A stretch of 32,000 nucleotides of DNA from Pasteurella multocida (GTDB lineage: Bacteria; Pseudomonadota; Gammaproteobacteria; Enterobacterales; Pasteurellaceae). The DNA lies in NCBI RefSeq assembly GCF_900187275.1, contig NZ_LT906458.1, forward strand, positions 2,040,001-2,072,000, read 5' to 3'. Position 1 is the first letter of the stretch, and each line of letters starts with the position of its first letter. A program made the translations under genes and the position numbers. The notes under the pieces were generated by a model that was not told the DNA's origin, searched no databases, and worked only from the letters and a program-made list of their open reading frames with translations. Of this stretch, positions 19,567 through 28,265 are shown piece after piece.

Positions 19567-20499
19567 TTATTTACGGTTTAACCATGCCATATATTCTGCT
19601 ACACCCTGTGCGACCGTTTTAAACGGTTTGTCATAGCCAGTGGCGCGTAATTTATCTAAATTGGCTTGTGTGTATTCTTGGTAACGGCTTTTTAAATGTT
19701 CTGGGAATGGAATGATTTCAATATCTGCTTCCGTTTTACCATGGAACTTCACGACGGCTTTTGCTACTTCAAGGAAAGATTCCGCATTTCCTGTTCCTAA
19801 GTTATAGATGCCAGAAATGTTGTTTTGCCAACACCAAATATTCACAGCAGCCACATCGCCCACATACACAAAGTCACGGCGGAAATGTTCACTGCCTGCA
19901 AATAATTTTGGTTTTTCCCCTTTTAAGATTTGGTTATTTAAGTGGAATGCCACGCTTGCCATCGCGCCTTTGTGATTCTCACGTGGACCGTACACGTTGA
20001 AATAACGGAAGCCACAAACAGGTGAGTTAGCTTCTGGTAAAATGGCACGTACATATTGATCAAATAAGAATTTGGAATAGCCGTAAACATTTAATGGTGC
20101 TTCAAATTCGCGTTCTTCACGGAATTCAGTTTTATCACCATAAGTTGCTGCAGATGAAGCATAAAAGAACGGAATTTCACGATCTAAACAATAATGCAAT
20201 AACTCTTTGGAATATTCATAGTTATTGTGCATGATGTACTTGCCGTCCCATTCGGTAGTAGCAGAACAGGCGCCTTCGTGGAAAATGACTTCAATATCCC
20301 CTAAATCATCACCAGCGATGATCGAGGCAATAAAATCTTCTTTGTCACAATAATCTGCAATATCCAAATCCACTAAATTAGCGAACTTTGTACCATCTTT
20401 TAAATTATCTACCACTAAAATATCCGTACGCCCTAATTCGTTTAAGGCTTTTACAATGTTACTTCCAATAAAGCCAGCACCGCCAGTTACGATAATCAT
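19567..20499 (-). CDS. hldD: ADP-L-glycero-D-manno-heptose 6-epimerase (LPS/LOS core heptose synthesis)
   Basis: [20 protein letters not shown]... carries the Rossmann motif GGAGFIG. The catalytic YGYSK is present and the C-terminus is ...[11 protein letters not shown] start it at the ATG at 20499 (SD AGAGGA upstream), giving 310 aa as in E. coli. The 49-aa N-terminal extension in the ORF track (to 20646) is upstream read-through. Confidence 0.93.
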
Positions 20500-20818
20500 A
20501 AAGCTTGTCCTCTGTTGGTTAATATTACGCGTATTGTAATGGATTTTCAGTGGGTTGTGTTTAAGTATTTTCTCTTTAGCTGGAAAATTCTCCAGGAGAC
20601 GTTTGATGCAATTATTGATGAAATATTTTGATTGTAAACCTTTCATTTACATTGTGAAGAAAAACAAGGGGTTGTATCGAGGCGTGAGTCTTTGTTTTAA
20701 CCAAAGCAAAGAAGAATTACTAATTTGAGTAGCCGGAAGATTTTAACTTAATTTGTAACAGCATAGGGTCGGCGGATATCTAGGAAAATGGAGTTTTTTT
20801 GTCATTTCATTAAATTAT

Positions 20819-20834
20819 TGTTATTTTTATCACA
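20819..20834. promoter_or_regulatory. CRP-like or DeoR-operator-like 16-mer TGTTA-N6-TCACA (distal)
   Basis: The sequence TGTTATTTTTATCACA matches 9 of 10 CRP core positions. Its left half equals the E. coli DeoR operator half-site start, TGTTA. Confidence 0.4.
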
Positions 20835-20848
20835 AAAAATTATTTTTT

Positions 20849-20864
20849 TGTTAACTTTGTCACA
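20849..20864. promoter_or_regulatory. CRP-like or DeoR-operator-like 16-mer TGTTA-N6-TCACA (proximal, overlapping the -35 position)
   Basis: The sequence is TGTTAACTTTGTCACA followed by TTT, centred at 20856.5. That is about 40.5 bp upstream of the start predicted from the TATAAT at 20885-20890. Confidence 0.45.
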
Positions 20865-20884
20865 TTTTATGTATTATTTTCGTG

Positions 20885-20890
20885 TATAAT
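20885..20890 (+). promoter_or_regulatory. Candidate deoC -10 element (consensus TATAAT)
   Basis: The sequence GTGTATAATATG lies 49 nt upstream of the deoC ATG. There is no good -35, which fits activator dependence. Confidence 0.45.
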
Positions 20891-20938
20891 ATGAGCATAT
20901 CGTTCAGCTATAGTTAAATTGTCAATGAGGAAAGAAGT

Positions 20939-21610
20939 ATGGATGCAAAGCAAATTGCACAGTTTATCGATCATACTGCGTTAACCGCGGAGAAAACGGA
21001 ACAAGATATTATTCAATTATGTGATGAAGCCATTACGCATCAGTTTTGGTCAGTTTGTATTAATTCTGCCTACATTCCGTTAGCCAAACAAAAATTAGCT
21101 GGGACGCCAGTCAAAATCTGTACTGTAGTGGGTTTTCCATTGGGGGCAAATCTAAGCACGGTTAAGGCCTTTGAAACGACAGAAGCGATCAAAGCCGGGG
21201 CAGATGAAATTGATATGGTGATTAATGTCGGTTGGATTAAATCAAATAAATGGGATGCAGTAGAAAAAGATATTGCGACCGTGTTAGCTGCTTGTGCAGG
21301 AAAACCATTAAAAGTTATTTTAGAAACGTGCTTATTAAGTAAAGACGAAATTGTAAAAGCATGTGAAATTTGTAAAGCGCTCAATGTGGCGTTTGTCAAA
21401 ACATCAACTGGTTTCAATCGTGGTGGGGCAACAAAGGAAGATGTTGCTTTGATGAAACGAACCGTAGGCGATATTGGAGTCAAAGCGTCTGGCGGCGTGC
21501 GTGATACGGAGACCGCAATCGCGATGATTAATGCGGGGGCTAGCCGTATCGGTGCAAGTGCAGGGATTGCGATTATCCATGGTTTACAGGACGTAAGCAG
21601 TACCTATTAA
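20939..21610 (+). CDS. deoC: Deoxyribose-phosphate aldolase (short class I form)
   Basis: The 223-aa ORF contains [23 protein letters not shown], the Schiff-base lysine context FVKTSTGF and VKASGGVR. The SD GAGGAAAG lies upstream. Confidence 0.93.
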   Translation: MDAKQIAQFIDHTALTAEKTEQDIIQLCDEAITHQFWSVCINSAYIPLAKQKLAGTPVKICTVVGFPLGANLSTVKAFETTEAIKAGADEIDMVINVGWIKSNKWDAVEKDIATVLAACAGKPLKVILETCLLSKDEIVKACEICKALNVAFVKTSTGFNRGGATKEDVALMKRTVGDIGVKASGGVRDTETAIAMINAGASRIGASAGIAIIHGLQDVSSTY

Positions 21611-21628
21611 TAAATCACTGAGCTTGCT

Positions 21629-22381
21629 ATGGAAAAAATGACGTCTCGCATTCAGAAATTGGAGTTTCTACTTAAGCAAATGGACAAAATTCATCTGCGA
21701 GATGCGGCAGAAATGTTGAATGTGTCTGAAATGACGATTCGACGGGATCTGGTTTCCTGTGCAAGCTCAGTGATTTTATTAGGTGGGTATATCGTTAAAG
21801 ATCCAAAAATTCATGCGCAGAAAGGTTATCGGATCTTTGAACAACAAGAAAAAAACACCGCGGAGAAAATGTATTTAGGAAAGCTCGCTGCTTCTCTGAT
21901 TGAAGATGGCGATGTTGTTTTTTTTGATTGTGGCTCAACAGTGCCTTTTATCGCGACACAAATTAATGATGACATCAAATTTACCGCACTGTGTTGCTCA
22001 ATTAATGCATTTTTAGCCTTACAGGAAAAACCCAATTGTGATTTGATTCTATGTGGGGGACGGTATTCTCGACATAATGCGTTTTTAAATCGTATTCAGC
22101 GTCATAGTGAATTGGATATGATTTGTACCAATAAAGCCTTCATTTCTGCGGCAGGTGTGTCTATCCAACAAGGCGTGACATGTTTTAATTTTGATGAAGC
22201 GAAAGCAAAACAGCGTGTTATGGAGAAAACACAACAAGCCTTTTTAGTGGTGGACCATTCTAAATTTAATCGAGTTGAGCAGGCATATATTGCGGATCTT
22301 TCTGCTTTTGATACTGTGATTTGTGATAAACCCGCACCAACGGCATTCATCGACAAACTGCCGACGTTAATTTTCAAGTAA
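21629..22381 (+). CDS. deoR: DeoR-family repressor, most similar to E. coli DeoR itself
   Basis: The 250-aa ORF has the N-terminal HTH LRDAAEMLNVSEMTIRRDL followed by ...LLGGYIV. The sugar-phosphate binding domain contains FFDCGST, LCGG and VVDHSKF. These are colinear with E. coli DeoR motifs as I recall them (FFDCGTT, LCGG, VVDHSKF). The start may be at 21638. Confidence 0.75.
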   Translation: MEKMTSRIQKLEFLLKQMDKIHLRDAAEMLNVSEMTIRRDLVSCASSVILLGGYIVKDPKIHAQKGYRIFEQQEKNTAEKMYLGKLAASLIEDGDVVFFDCGSTVPFIATQINDDIKFTALCCSINAFLALQEKPNCDLILCGGRYSRHNAFLNRIQRHSELDMICTNKAFISAAGVSIQQGVTCFNFDEAKAKQRVMEKTQQAFLVVDHSKFNRVEQAYIADLSAFDTVICDKPAPTAFIDKLPTLIFK

Positions 22382-22419
22382 TCAAGTAGCCCTTCATGTC
22401 TTTTATCGTGCTCTAACAG

Positions 22420-23031
22420 CTAATAGCTCTCTTTGTGATGTGTATATTCTGCCCCTTTAGCTAACATACGCAATTGTAAAATGACTCTTTGTTTGAGCTG
22501 TTCTCGCTCTGTTTTTTCCATGTCTAAAGCATTGGCGCCAGCAGTAAACACAATGGTGACCATGCCTTCCGCTTGTACTTGTGCCACATATTGTGAGTGG
22601 CTATTACGTTGTGCGATATATTCGCTTAGTTCGTCAACAAAGTGTTTTATTTCGCGTGCTGTGGCCGTGCGAAATGCTTGTGAAGTACCTGAACTTTCAC
22701 GGAGTAAAAGACGGAACATGTTGGGATTATTGGCGATAAATTCAAAAAAAGTTTCGACGGAAATGGCTATCACACTTCCGCCTTTTTCTAAGCGTTTCCG
22801 AGCTTGACGCATTAACTGACGTAATACTAAACCCGCCTCATCAACCATGGTTAAACCAAGCTCGTCCATATCTCTAAAATGGCGATAAAAAGAGGTGGCT
22901 GCGATACCCGCTTCGCGCGCCACTTCACGCAAACTTAAATTGGAAAAACTTTTATCCGCGGTCAGCTGATTAAAAGCGGCATCAATTAATGCACGACGGG
23001 TTTTTTCTTTTTGTAATGCTCTCACACCCAT
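22420..23031 (-). CDS. fabR: TetR-family repressor of unsaturated fatty-acid synthesis, FabR
   Basis: The 203-aa ORF begins [23 protein letters not shown]...[46 protein letters not shown] and later has [13 protein letters not shown]. This is close to E. coli FabR as I remember it. Confidence 0.88.
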   Translation of the reverse strand: MGVRALQKEKTRRALIDAAFNQLTADKSFSNLSLREVAREAGIAATSFYRHFRDMDELGLTMVDEAGLVLRQLMRQARKRLEKGGSVIAISVETFFEFIANNPNMFRLLLRESSGTSQAFRTATAREIKHFVDELSEYIAQRNSHSQYVAQVQAEGMVTIVFTAGANALDMEKTEREQLKQRVILQLRMLAKGAEYTHHKESY

Positions 23032-23055
23032 ATTGATATTTTCCTGACTTCAGAA

Positions 23056-23952
23056 TTAGTCCAATACGTCTTGTACTGAATGACTAATGGTCTGTGCAAT
23101 TTTCTCGTAGCGATTTCGTAACGGAGAACCCGGGCGATAAACTAATGTGATTGCACGAGAAGGGGCGGGTGAATGACAAGGAATATATTTGACCCCTGTA
23201 CGATTTCCTTCATTGATCACTGCGAGTTTAGGCATCAGTGTGATGCCGGTATTCGAAGCAACCATGTTGCGCAACGTTTCTAAACTAGTGGCTTGGAAAT
23301 GCGCATTTTCTTTTGCTCCTGCACTGAAGCAGTAACCAATCGTTTGATCGCGCAAGCAGTGCCCGTCATCAAGCATTAACATTTCACAGCCATTTAATCT
23401 ATTCATTGCAATAGTACTCTCATTCGCCCAAGGGTGATTTTCACTGACAGCTAATAGCATAGCTTCATGAAAGATGGGAACCTCGATAAAAGCTTCTGTT
23501 TCGCGTACAGAGGCGACGATGGCACAATCTAAGTGACCAGTTTCTAATTGTTCTAATAATTGATTAGTTTGCGCTTCATATAAGAAAAGTTCTAAATCAG
23601 GAAAGGTTTCTTTGAGTACCGGCATGATATAAGGAAGTAGGTAAGGTCCCACTGTGGGAATGACGCCAATATGTATAGGACCCGTCATATCTTTACCTTG
23701 GTTACTTGCCATTTCTTTAAGTAATTTGACTTCTTTTAAGACATTTTTTGCTTGATCGACAAGGAGTAAGCCTGATTGAGTGAATAACACTTTGCGGCTA
23801 GTGCGTTCTAATAAAATAATCCCTAATTCATCTTCTAATTTGCGAATTTGACCACTTAATGTGGGTTGGCTGACATGACATGCATCGGCGGCACGGCGAA
23901 AATGTTTGTGCTCCGCAAGCGCCACGAGATATTCTAAGTCGCGGATATTCAT
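23056..23952 (-). CDS. oxyR: LysR-family hydrogen-peroxide sensor and regulator OxyR
   Basis: The 298-aa ORF begins MNIRDLEYLVALAEHKHFRRAADACHVSQPTLSGQIRKLEDELG. The redox cysteines sit in their characteristic context, LMLDDGHCLRDQ...GYCF, corresponding to E. coli C199 and C208. Confidence 0.93.
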   Translation of the reverse strand: MNIRDLEYLVALAEHKHFRRAADACHVSQPTLSGQIRKLEDELGIILLERTSRKVLFTQSGLLLVDQAKNVLKEVKLLKEMASNQGKDMTGPIHIGVIPTVGPYLLPYIMPVLKETFPDLELFLYEAQTNQLLEQLETGHLDCAIVASVRETEAFIEVPIFHEAMLLAVSENHPWANESTIAMNRLNGCEMLMLDDGHCLRDQTIGYCFSAGAKENAHFQATSLETLRNMVASNTGITLMPKLAVINEGNRTGVKYIPCHSPAPSRAITLVYRPGSPLRNRYEKIAQTISHSVQDVLD

Positions 23953-24018
23953 TTTGACCTCGTTATTGATAGAAACAATTAAAATTTTTAAATCAATTGC
24001 TTAGAACTATATCATAAA

Positions 24019-24048
24019 TTTGACTAGAATTCATATAAGGAGTAAGAT
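24019..24048 (+). promoter_or_regulatory. Candidate promoter of the peroxiredoxin-glutaredoxin gene (TTGACT-18-TAAGAT)
   Basis: TTGACT at 24019-24024 and TAAGAT at 24043-24048. They lie in the 136-bp oxyR-divergent spacer, where an OxyR operator is expected. Confidence 0.35.
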
Positions 24049-24088
24049 AGATTTTATTGTTTATTAATTAGTCTAAAGGAGATTTTTT

Positions 24089-24814
24089 ATGACATTAATG
24101 GAAGGAAAAAAAGTACCTCAAGTGACATTTCATACTCGTCAAGGCGATCAATGGGTAGATGTAACCAGTGCGGAATTATTTGATAATAAAACTGTTGTAC
24201 TTTTCTCATTACCGGGAGCATTTACACCCACTTGTTCTTCCACTCATTTGCCTCGCTATAATGAATTAGCTTGTGAATTTAAAGCATTAGGAGTAGACAG
24301 TATCATTTGTATGTCAGTGAATGATACGTTCGTTATGAATGCGTGGAAAGCGGATCAGGAATGTGAAAATGTGATTGTCATTCCGGATGGTAATGGTGAA
24401 TTTACCGAAGGCATGGGGATGCTCGTCGGTAAGGAAGATTTAGGCTTTGGTAAACGCTCTTGGCGTTATTCGATGTTAGTGCGCAATGGTATTGTGGAGA
24501 AAATGTTTGTTGAGCCACAAGAACCCGGTGATCCATTTAAAGTCTCTGATGCAGACACGATGATTAAATATCTTAAACCAGAATGGCAAGCTAAGCCTTC
24601 TGTTTCAGTGATCACTAAACCTGGTTGCCCATATTGTGCCAAAGCAAAAGCGTTGTTAAAAGCGAAAGACTATACCTTTGAAGAAATTGTGTTAGGACGT
24701 GATGCCAGTACGATTTCTGTTCGTGCGATTACAGGGAAAACAAGCGTACCTCAAGTCTTTATCGGTGGAAAATACATCGGTGGTAGTGAAGAGTTAGAAA
24801 AGTATTTTGCTTAA
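24089..24814 (+). CDS. pgdX: Hybrid peroxiredoxin (Prx5-type) and glutaredoxin fusion, PGdx/PrxGrx
   Basis: The 241-aa ORF has the N-terminal Prx5 motif [12 protein letters not shown] and the C-terminal Grx active site [11 protein letters not shown], with [19 protein letters not shown]. It is colinear with the H. influenzae hybrid Prx5 (HI0572) as I recall it. The start may be at 24098 (MEGKK...). Confidence 0.93.
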   Translation: MTLMEGKKVPQVTFHTRQGDQWVDVTSAELFDNKTVVLFSLPGAFTPTCSSTHLPRYNELACEFKALGVDSIICMSVNDTFVMNAWKADQECENVIVIPDGNGEFTEGMGMLVGKEDLGFGKRSWRYSMLVRNGIVEKMFVEPQEPGDPFKVSDADTMIKYLKPEWQAKPSVSVITKPGCPYCAKAKALLKAKDYTFEEIVLGRDASTISVRAITGKTSVPQVFIGGKYIGGSEELEKYFA

Positions 24815-24829
24815 GCTTAAATCAACAGA

Positions 24830-24862
24830 ACAAGTGCGGTAAACTTGACCGCACTTTTTTCT
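24830..24862. terminator. Bidirectional terminator from an inverted USS pair
   Basis: ACAAGTGCGGT, the loop AAACTTG, then ACCGCACTTTTTT. It lies between the convergent peroxiredoxin gene (+) and slyX (-). Confidence 0.8.
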
Positions 24863-24870
24863 TGTGTGAC

Positions 24871-25095
24871 TCAATAATGTGGTGGTGGAGTTTCTTCGGC
24901 TTGGCTCGCAATGTTGGAAGGTTGCATATCTTTGAATTTATTGACTAAATAACGCAATTGTACATGGATTTTGTCTATGGCAAATTGTTGTTCAACAATC
25001 ACTTGGTTTAACTCATCTAAGAGTTTTTCTTGAAAAGTAGTTTTCATTTCTAACTCAGCAATTCGCTGTTCGAGGGTTTCTTTATTTTGCATCAT
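24871..25095 (-). CDS. slyX: SlyX family protein
   Basis: The 74-aa coiled-coil ORF reads [32 protein letters not shown].. It sits next to fkpA, as in E. coli. Confidence 0.8.
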   Translation of the reverse strand: MMQNKETLEQRIAELEMKTTFQEKLLDELNQVIVEQQFAIDKIHVQLRYLVNKFKDMQPSNIASQAEETPPPHY

Positions 25096-25183
25096 TTAAC
25101 TCCAAAAAAATAAATGTTGTGAAATTATTCATTCCGTTTTAACCTATCATAATTCATTTTTTCATTATAAAGGATTCAATCTT

Positions 25184-25900
25184 ATGTTTAAAATTCAAAA
25201 GCTTTCTCTTATTACCCTTGTGGTGAGTGCGGTTATTTCTGGCAATGCGTTAGCGAATACGGATGCTAAATTTAACGATGAAGCATCTTACGCAGTAGGG
25301 GTGTTATTAGGATCAAATGTTAAACAAATTGTAGAATCGCAAAAGGGCATAATTGAATACGACAATACGCGTTTATTGGCAGGGGTGCAAGATGTATTAA
25401 ATGGTAAGGTAGATCTTGATTCAAATGAACAAATTGCACAAACATTACAACGCGTACAAGAGAAAATGCAACAAGCGCAAGCTCAGTTACTCGCCGATAT
25501 TGCAAAACAAGCAAAACAAGATGGCGACCAATATCGCCAAGCATTTGAGAAAAAAGCAGGGGCAAAGAAAACCCAATCTGGTCTGTTATATCGCATTGAA
25601 CAAGCAGGGACAGGAAATACGATTAAGCCAACTGACACTGTTACTGTTAATTATACCGGCAAACTCCCTAATGGCGAGGTATTTGACAGTTCGCGTGGTA
25701 AACCGGTGTCCTTTAAATTGAACCAAGTGGTACCGGGTTGGACAGAAGGTTTACAACTTGTTAAAAAAGGTGGAAAAATCGAACTCGTTCTTCCACCAGA
25801 ATTGGCGTATGGGGAGCAAGGGGCTGGACAGATTCCACCAAATGCGACTTTACACTTTGATGTTGAAGTCATCGATGTGAAAGCGGATACACAAAAATAA
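25184..25900 (+). CDS. fkpA: Periplasmic FKBP-type peptidyl-prolyl cis-trans isomerase (FkpA-like)
   Basis: The 238-aa ORF has the signal peptide MFKIQKLSLITLVVSAVISGNALA|N and an N-terminal helical dimerisation region. The C-terminal FKBP domain contains V.YTGKL.NGEVFDSS, VIPGWTEGLQL.KKGGK and P.ELAYGE.G...IPPNATL.FDVE. Confidence 0.88.
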   Translation: MFKIQKLSLITLVVSAVISGNALANTDAKFNDEASYAVGVLLGSNVKQIVESQKGIIEYDNTRLLAGVQDVLNGKVDLDSNEQIAQTLQRVQEKMQQAQAQLLADIAKQAKQDGDQYRQAFEKKAGAKKTQSGLLYRIEQAGTGNTIKPTDTVTVNYTGKLPNGEVFDSSRGKPVSFKLNQVVPGWTEGLQLVKKGGKIELVLPPELAYGEQGAGQIPPNATLHFDVEVIDVKADTQK

Positions 25901-25909
25901 TGAAAAAAC

Positions 25910-25943
25910 GACCGCACTTTGTCAGTAATCATCAAGTGCGGTC
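25910..25943 (+). terminator. USS-pair hairpin after fkpA
   Basis: GACCGCACTT (25910-25919), a 14-nt loop, then AAGTGCGGTC (25934-25943). The T tract is weak, so it may only attenuate transcription ahead of yheO. Confidence 0.5.
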
Positions 25944-25973
25944 ATGTCTTTGTAAATAAATGAGAGTAAGGCA

Positions 25974-26645
25974 ATGTTAACGGATAAACAACCTTTTACA
26001 GAGGAAGACAAAACGATTTTACACTCTTATCGAGCGGTAGTAGATGGTGTCAGCGCGTTAATTGGACGTCATTGTGAAATTGTATTGCACTCTTTAGAAG
26101 ATTTAGAACATTCAACTATCTGTATTGCAAATGGGCATAATACCAATCGGCAAATTGGCTCTCCGCTAACGGATCTTGCACTGAAATCTTTACATAATAT
26201 GCAAACGGATAGCGTGTCAAAACCTTATTTTACACGTGCCAAAAATCAGGGATTAATGAAATCGGTCACGATTGCTATCCGCAATAAGCGTCAACGTATT
26301 ATTGGTCTATTATGTATTAATATCAATTTGGATGTCCCTGTCTCTGAATTTATGCAAGCCTTTATGCCAACACAGGCAGAAGCGGAAGCATCTAGTGTCA
26401 ATTTTGCGAGTTCTGTTGAAGAGTTAGTTGCACAAACTGTTGAGAAAACGATTGAAGAAGTCACAGCGGATCGTTTAGTGGCAAACAATAATAAAAATCG
26501 TCAAATTGTCATCTCATTATATGAGAAGGGAATTTTTGATATTAAAGATGCGATCAATTTGGTGGCGGAACGGTTAGATATTTCGCGTCATACGGTGTAT
26601 TTATACATTCGTCAGTTAAAACAAGATTCGGATGAAGCAAAATAA
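25974..26645 (+). CDS. yheO: YheO-like PAS-domain and HTH DNA-binding protein
   Basis: The 223-aa ORF has a YheO-type N-terminal domain (HCEIVLHSL.D..HS...IANGH.T.R..GSP.TDL) and a C-terminal HTH (AERLDISRHTVYLYIRQ). It sits upstream of tusDCB, as in E. coli. Confidence 0.8.
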   Translation: MLTDKQPFTEEDKTILHSYRAVVDGVSALIGRHCEIVLHSLEDLEHSTICIANGHNTNRQIGSPLTDLALKSLHNMQTDSVSKPYFTRAKNQGLMKSVTIAIRNKRQRIIGLLCININLDVPVSEFMQAFMPTQAEAEASSVNFASSVEELVAQTVEKTIEEVTADRLVANNNKNRQIVISLYEKGIFDIKDAINLVAERLDISRHTVYLYIRQLKQDSDEAK

Positions 26646-27025
26646 TGCGTTATGTGCTGTGTGTAAAACAACCTGCTTATGGTAAGCAAGGTGGATTTTT
26701 AGCCTATCAATTGGCGAAAGCCCTGTTGGAAAAGGGACATCAAATTACGCAGGTGTTTTTTTTCCAAGAAGGGGTCACGCATGGCAATGCGTTCCTTTAT
26801 CCCGCGAGTGATGAATTTAATTTACAACACGCTTGGCAACGTTTAGCACAAGATTATCACGTGCCTCTCCATTTGTGTGTAGCAGCAGCACAGCGTCGCG
26901 GTGTCGTCGAACCGTTGACCTCCTCGACAACGCAACAAAATAATCTGGCTTCTTGTTTCGTGTTAGCCGGATTAGGTGAATTTATGAAAGCCAGTCTAGA
27001 AGCGGACAGGGTGGTGTGTTTGTGA
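26645..27025 (+). CDS. tusD: Sulfurtransferase TusD (DsrE-like)
   Basis: The 126-aa ORF reads MRYVLCV...PAYG.Q... with the conserved Cys in LHLCVAAAQRRG. It shares a TAATG overlap with the yheO stop. Confidence 0.9.
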   Translation: MRYVLCVKQPAYGKQGGFLAYQLAKALLEKGHQITQVFFFQEGVTHGNAFLYPASDEFNLQHAWQRLAQDYHVPLHLCVAAAQRRGVVEPLTSSTTQQNNLASCFVLAGLGEFMKASLEADRVVCL

Positions 27026-27384
27026 TGAAATTGGCATTTGTTTTTCGTTCAACGCCCTTTGGTCGCGCCAGTACGCGCGAAGGTCTTGATGCTTTATTGG
27101 CAGCAACAGCTTTTTGTGATGAACAAGATATTGCGGTCTTTTTTCTTGATGATGGGGTTTTTTCCCTATTAAATCATCAGGATCCTGCACAAATTTTACA
27201 AAAAGATGTGGTCAATATGTTCAAATTACTGGATTTATATGATATCGAGCAACGTTATATTTGCTTGGAATCACTTGCGACAGCAAAAATGACAGCATCT
27301 GACTGTATTATTACTTGTGAAAAAATGGCGCGTGGGGCTTTGCTTACGTTATTAGGTAAAGCAGAACGCGTGCTCACGTTTTAG
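27025..27384 (+). CDS. tusC: Sulfurtransferase TusC (DsrF-like)
   Basis: MKLAFVFRSTPFGRASTREGLDALLA... I start it at the ATG at 27025, which overlaps the tusD TGA (TGATG) and gives 119 aa. The ORF track starts at a GTG 9 nt earlier. Confidence 0.88.
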   Translation: MKLAFVFRSTPFGRASTREGLDALLAATAFCDEQDIAVFFLDDGVFSLLNHQDPAQILQKDVVNMFKLLDLYDIEQRYICLESLATAKMTASDCIITCEKMARGALLTLLGKAERVLTF

Positions 27385-27393
27385 GAAAGTTTC

Positions 27394-27681
27394 ATGTTAT
27401 ATACTTTTGCCGAAGCATCTTATCCTGAAGGCGTGTTGCTCACTTATCTCCAGCAAACGACTTCGCAAGATGCCATCGTGTTATGGCAAGATGGCGTTTA
27501 TCTCTGTGTCAAATACCCTGAGGTTTTTTCGTCACTCAACACGTCTTGTTATGCGTTAGATATTGATGTGGGCGCACGAAATCTTTATCAGTTCGTCTCT
27601 TCGATAGAGAACGTCAAGACGATTTCTTTAACGGAATTAGTTGAATTGACGGAACAGTACTTTCCTCAACTTGCACTGTAA
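27394..27681 (+). CDS. tusB: Sulfurtransferase TusB (DsrH-like)
   Basis: The 95-aa ORF is the third gene of the tusDCB array, directly upstream of rpsL as in E. coli. Confidence 0.85.
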   Translation: MLYTFAEASYPEGVLLTYLQQTTSQDAIVLWQDGVYLCVKYPEVFSSLNTSCYALDIDVGARNLYQFVSSIENVKTISLTELVELTEQYFPQLAL

Positions 27682-27780
27682 ATTTAAGGCAGATGGGTTT
27701 GCCTATAATTCGATAGTGTATTGTGTGCATTTTGCACAGCTTACCCCAATCACTGTGCTGAAATTAGATTTGTCTAATTC

Positions 27781-27810
27781 TTGACATTATTTGAATGACT
27801 TCATTATAAT
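27781..27810 (+). promoter_or_regulatory. str operon promoter (TTGACA-18-TATAAT)
   Basis: A consensus -35 (TTGACA, 27781-27786) and a consensus -10 (TATAAT, 27805-27810) lie about 80 nt upstream of rpsL. Confidence 0.75.
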
Positions 27811-27863
27811 AGCACGTCTATTTCTGTGTGAAATAGAATACGTATAAAAACATTCTTTTATGA

Positions 27864-28265
<402 letters not shown>

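Noticed and set aside
20500-20646. 49-codon N-terminal extension of the hldD ORF ([12 protein letters not shown]...).
   Set aside because: The Rossmann-fold N-terminus [13 protein letters not shown] starts at the internal ATG (20499), which has a good SD (AGAGGA). The resulting length matches the roughly 310-aa E. coli enzyme. The extension is upstream read-through.
21070-21483. 137-aa ORF antisense to deoC. Similar long antisense or off-frame ORFs occur at 14340-14684, 3290-3628, 22481-22807, 6057-6365, 6993-7292 and 14547-14846.
   Set aside because: Each lies entirely inside a confidently identified gene on the opposite strand or in another frame. None has a recognisable motif or a Shine-Dalgarno sequence, and their composition is low-complexity, as expected of shadow ORFs. 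There is no support for overlapping genes.
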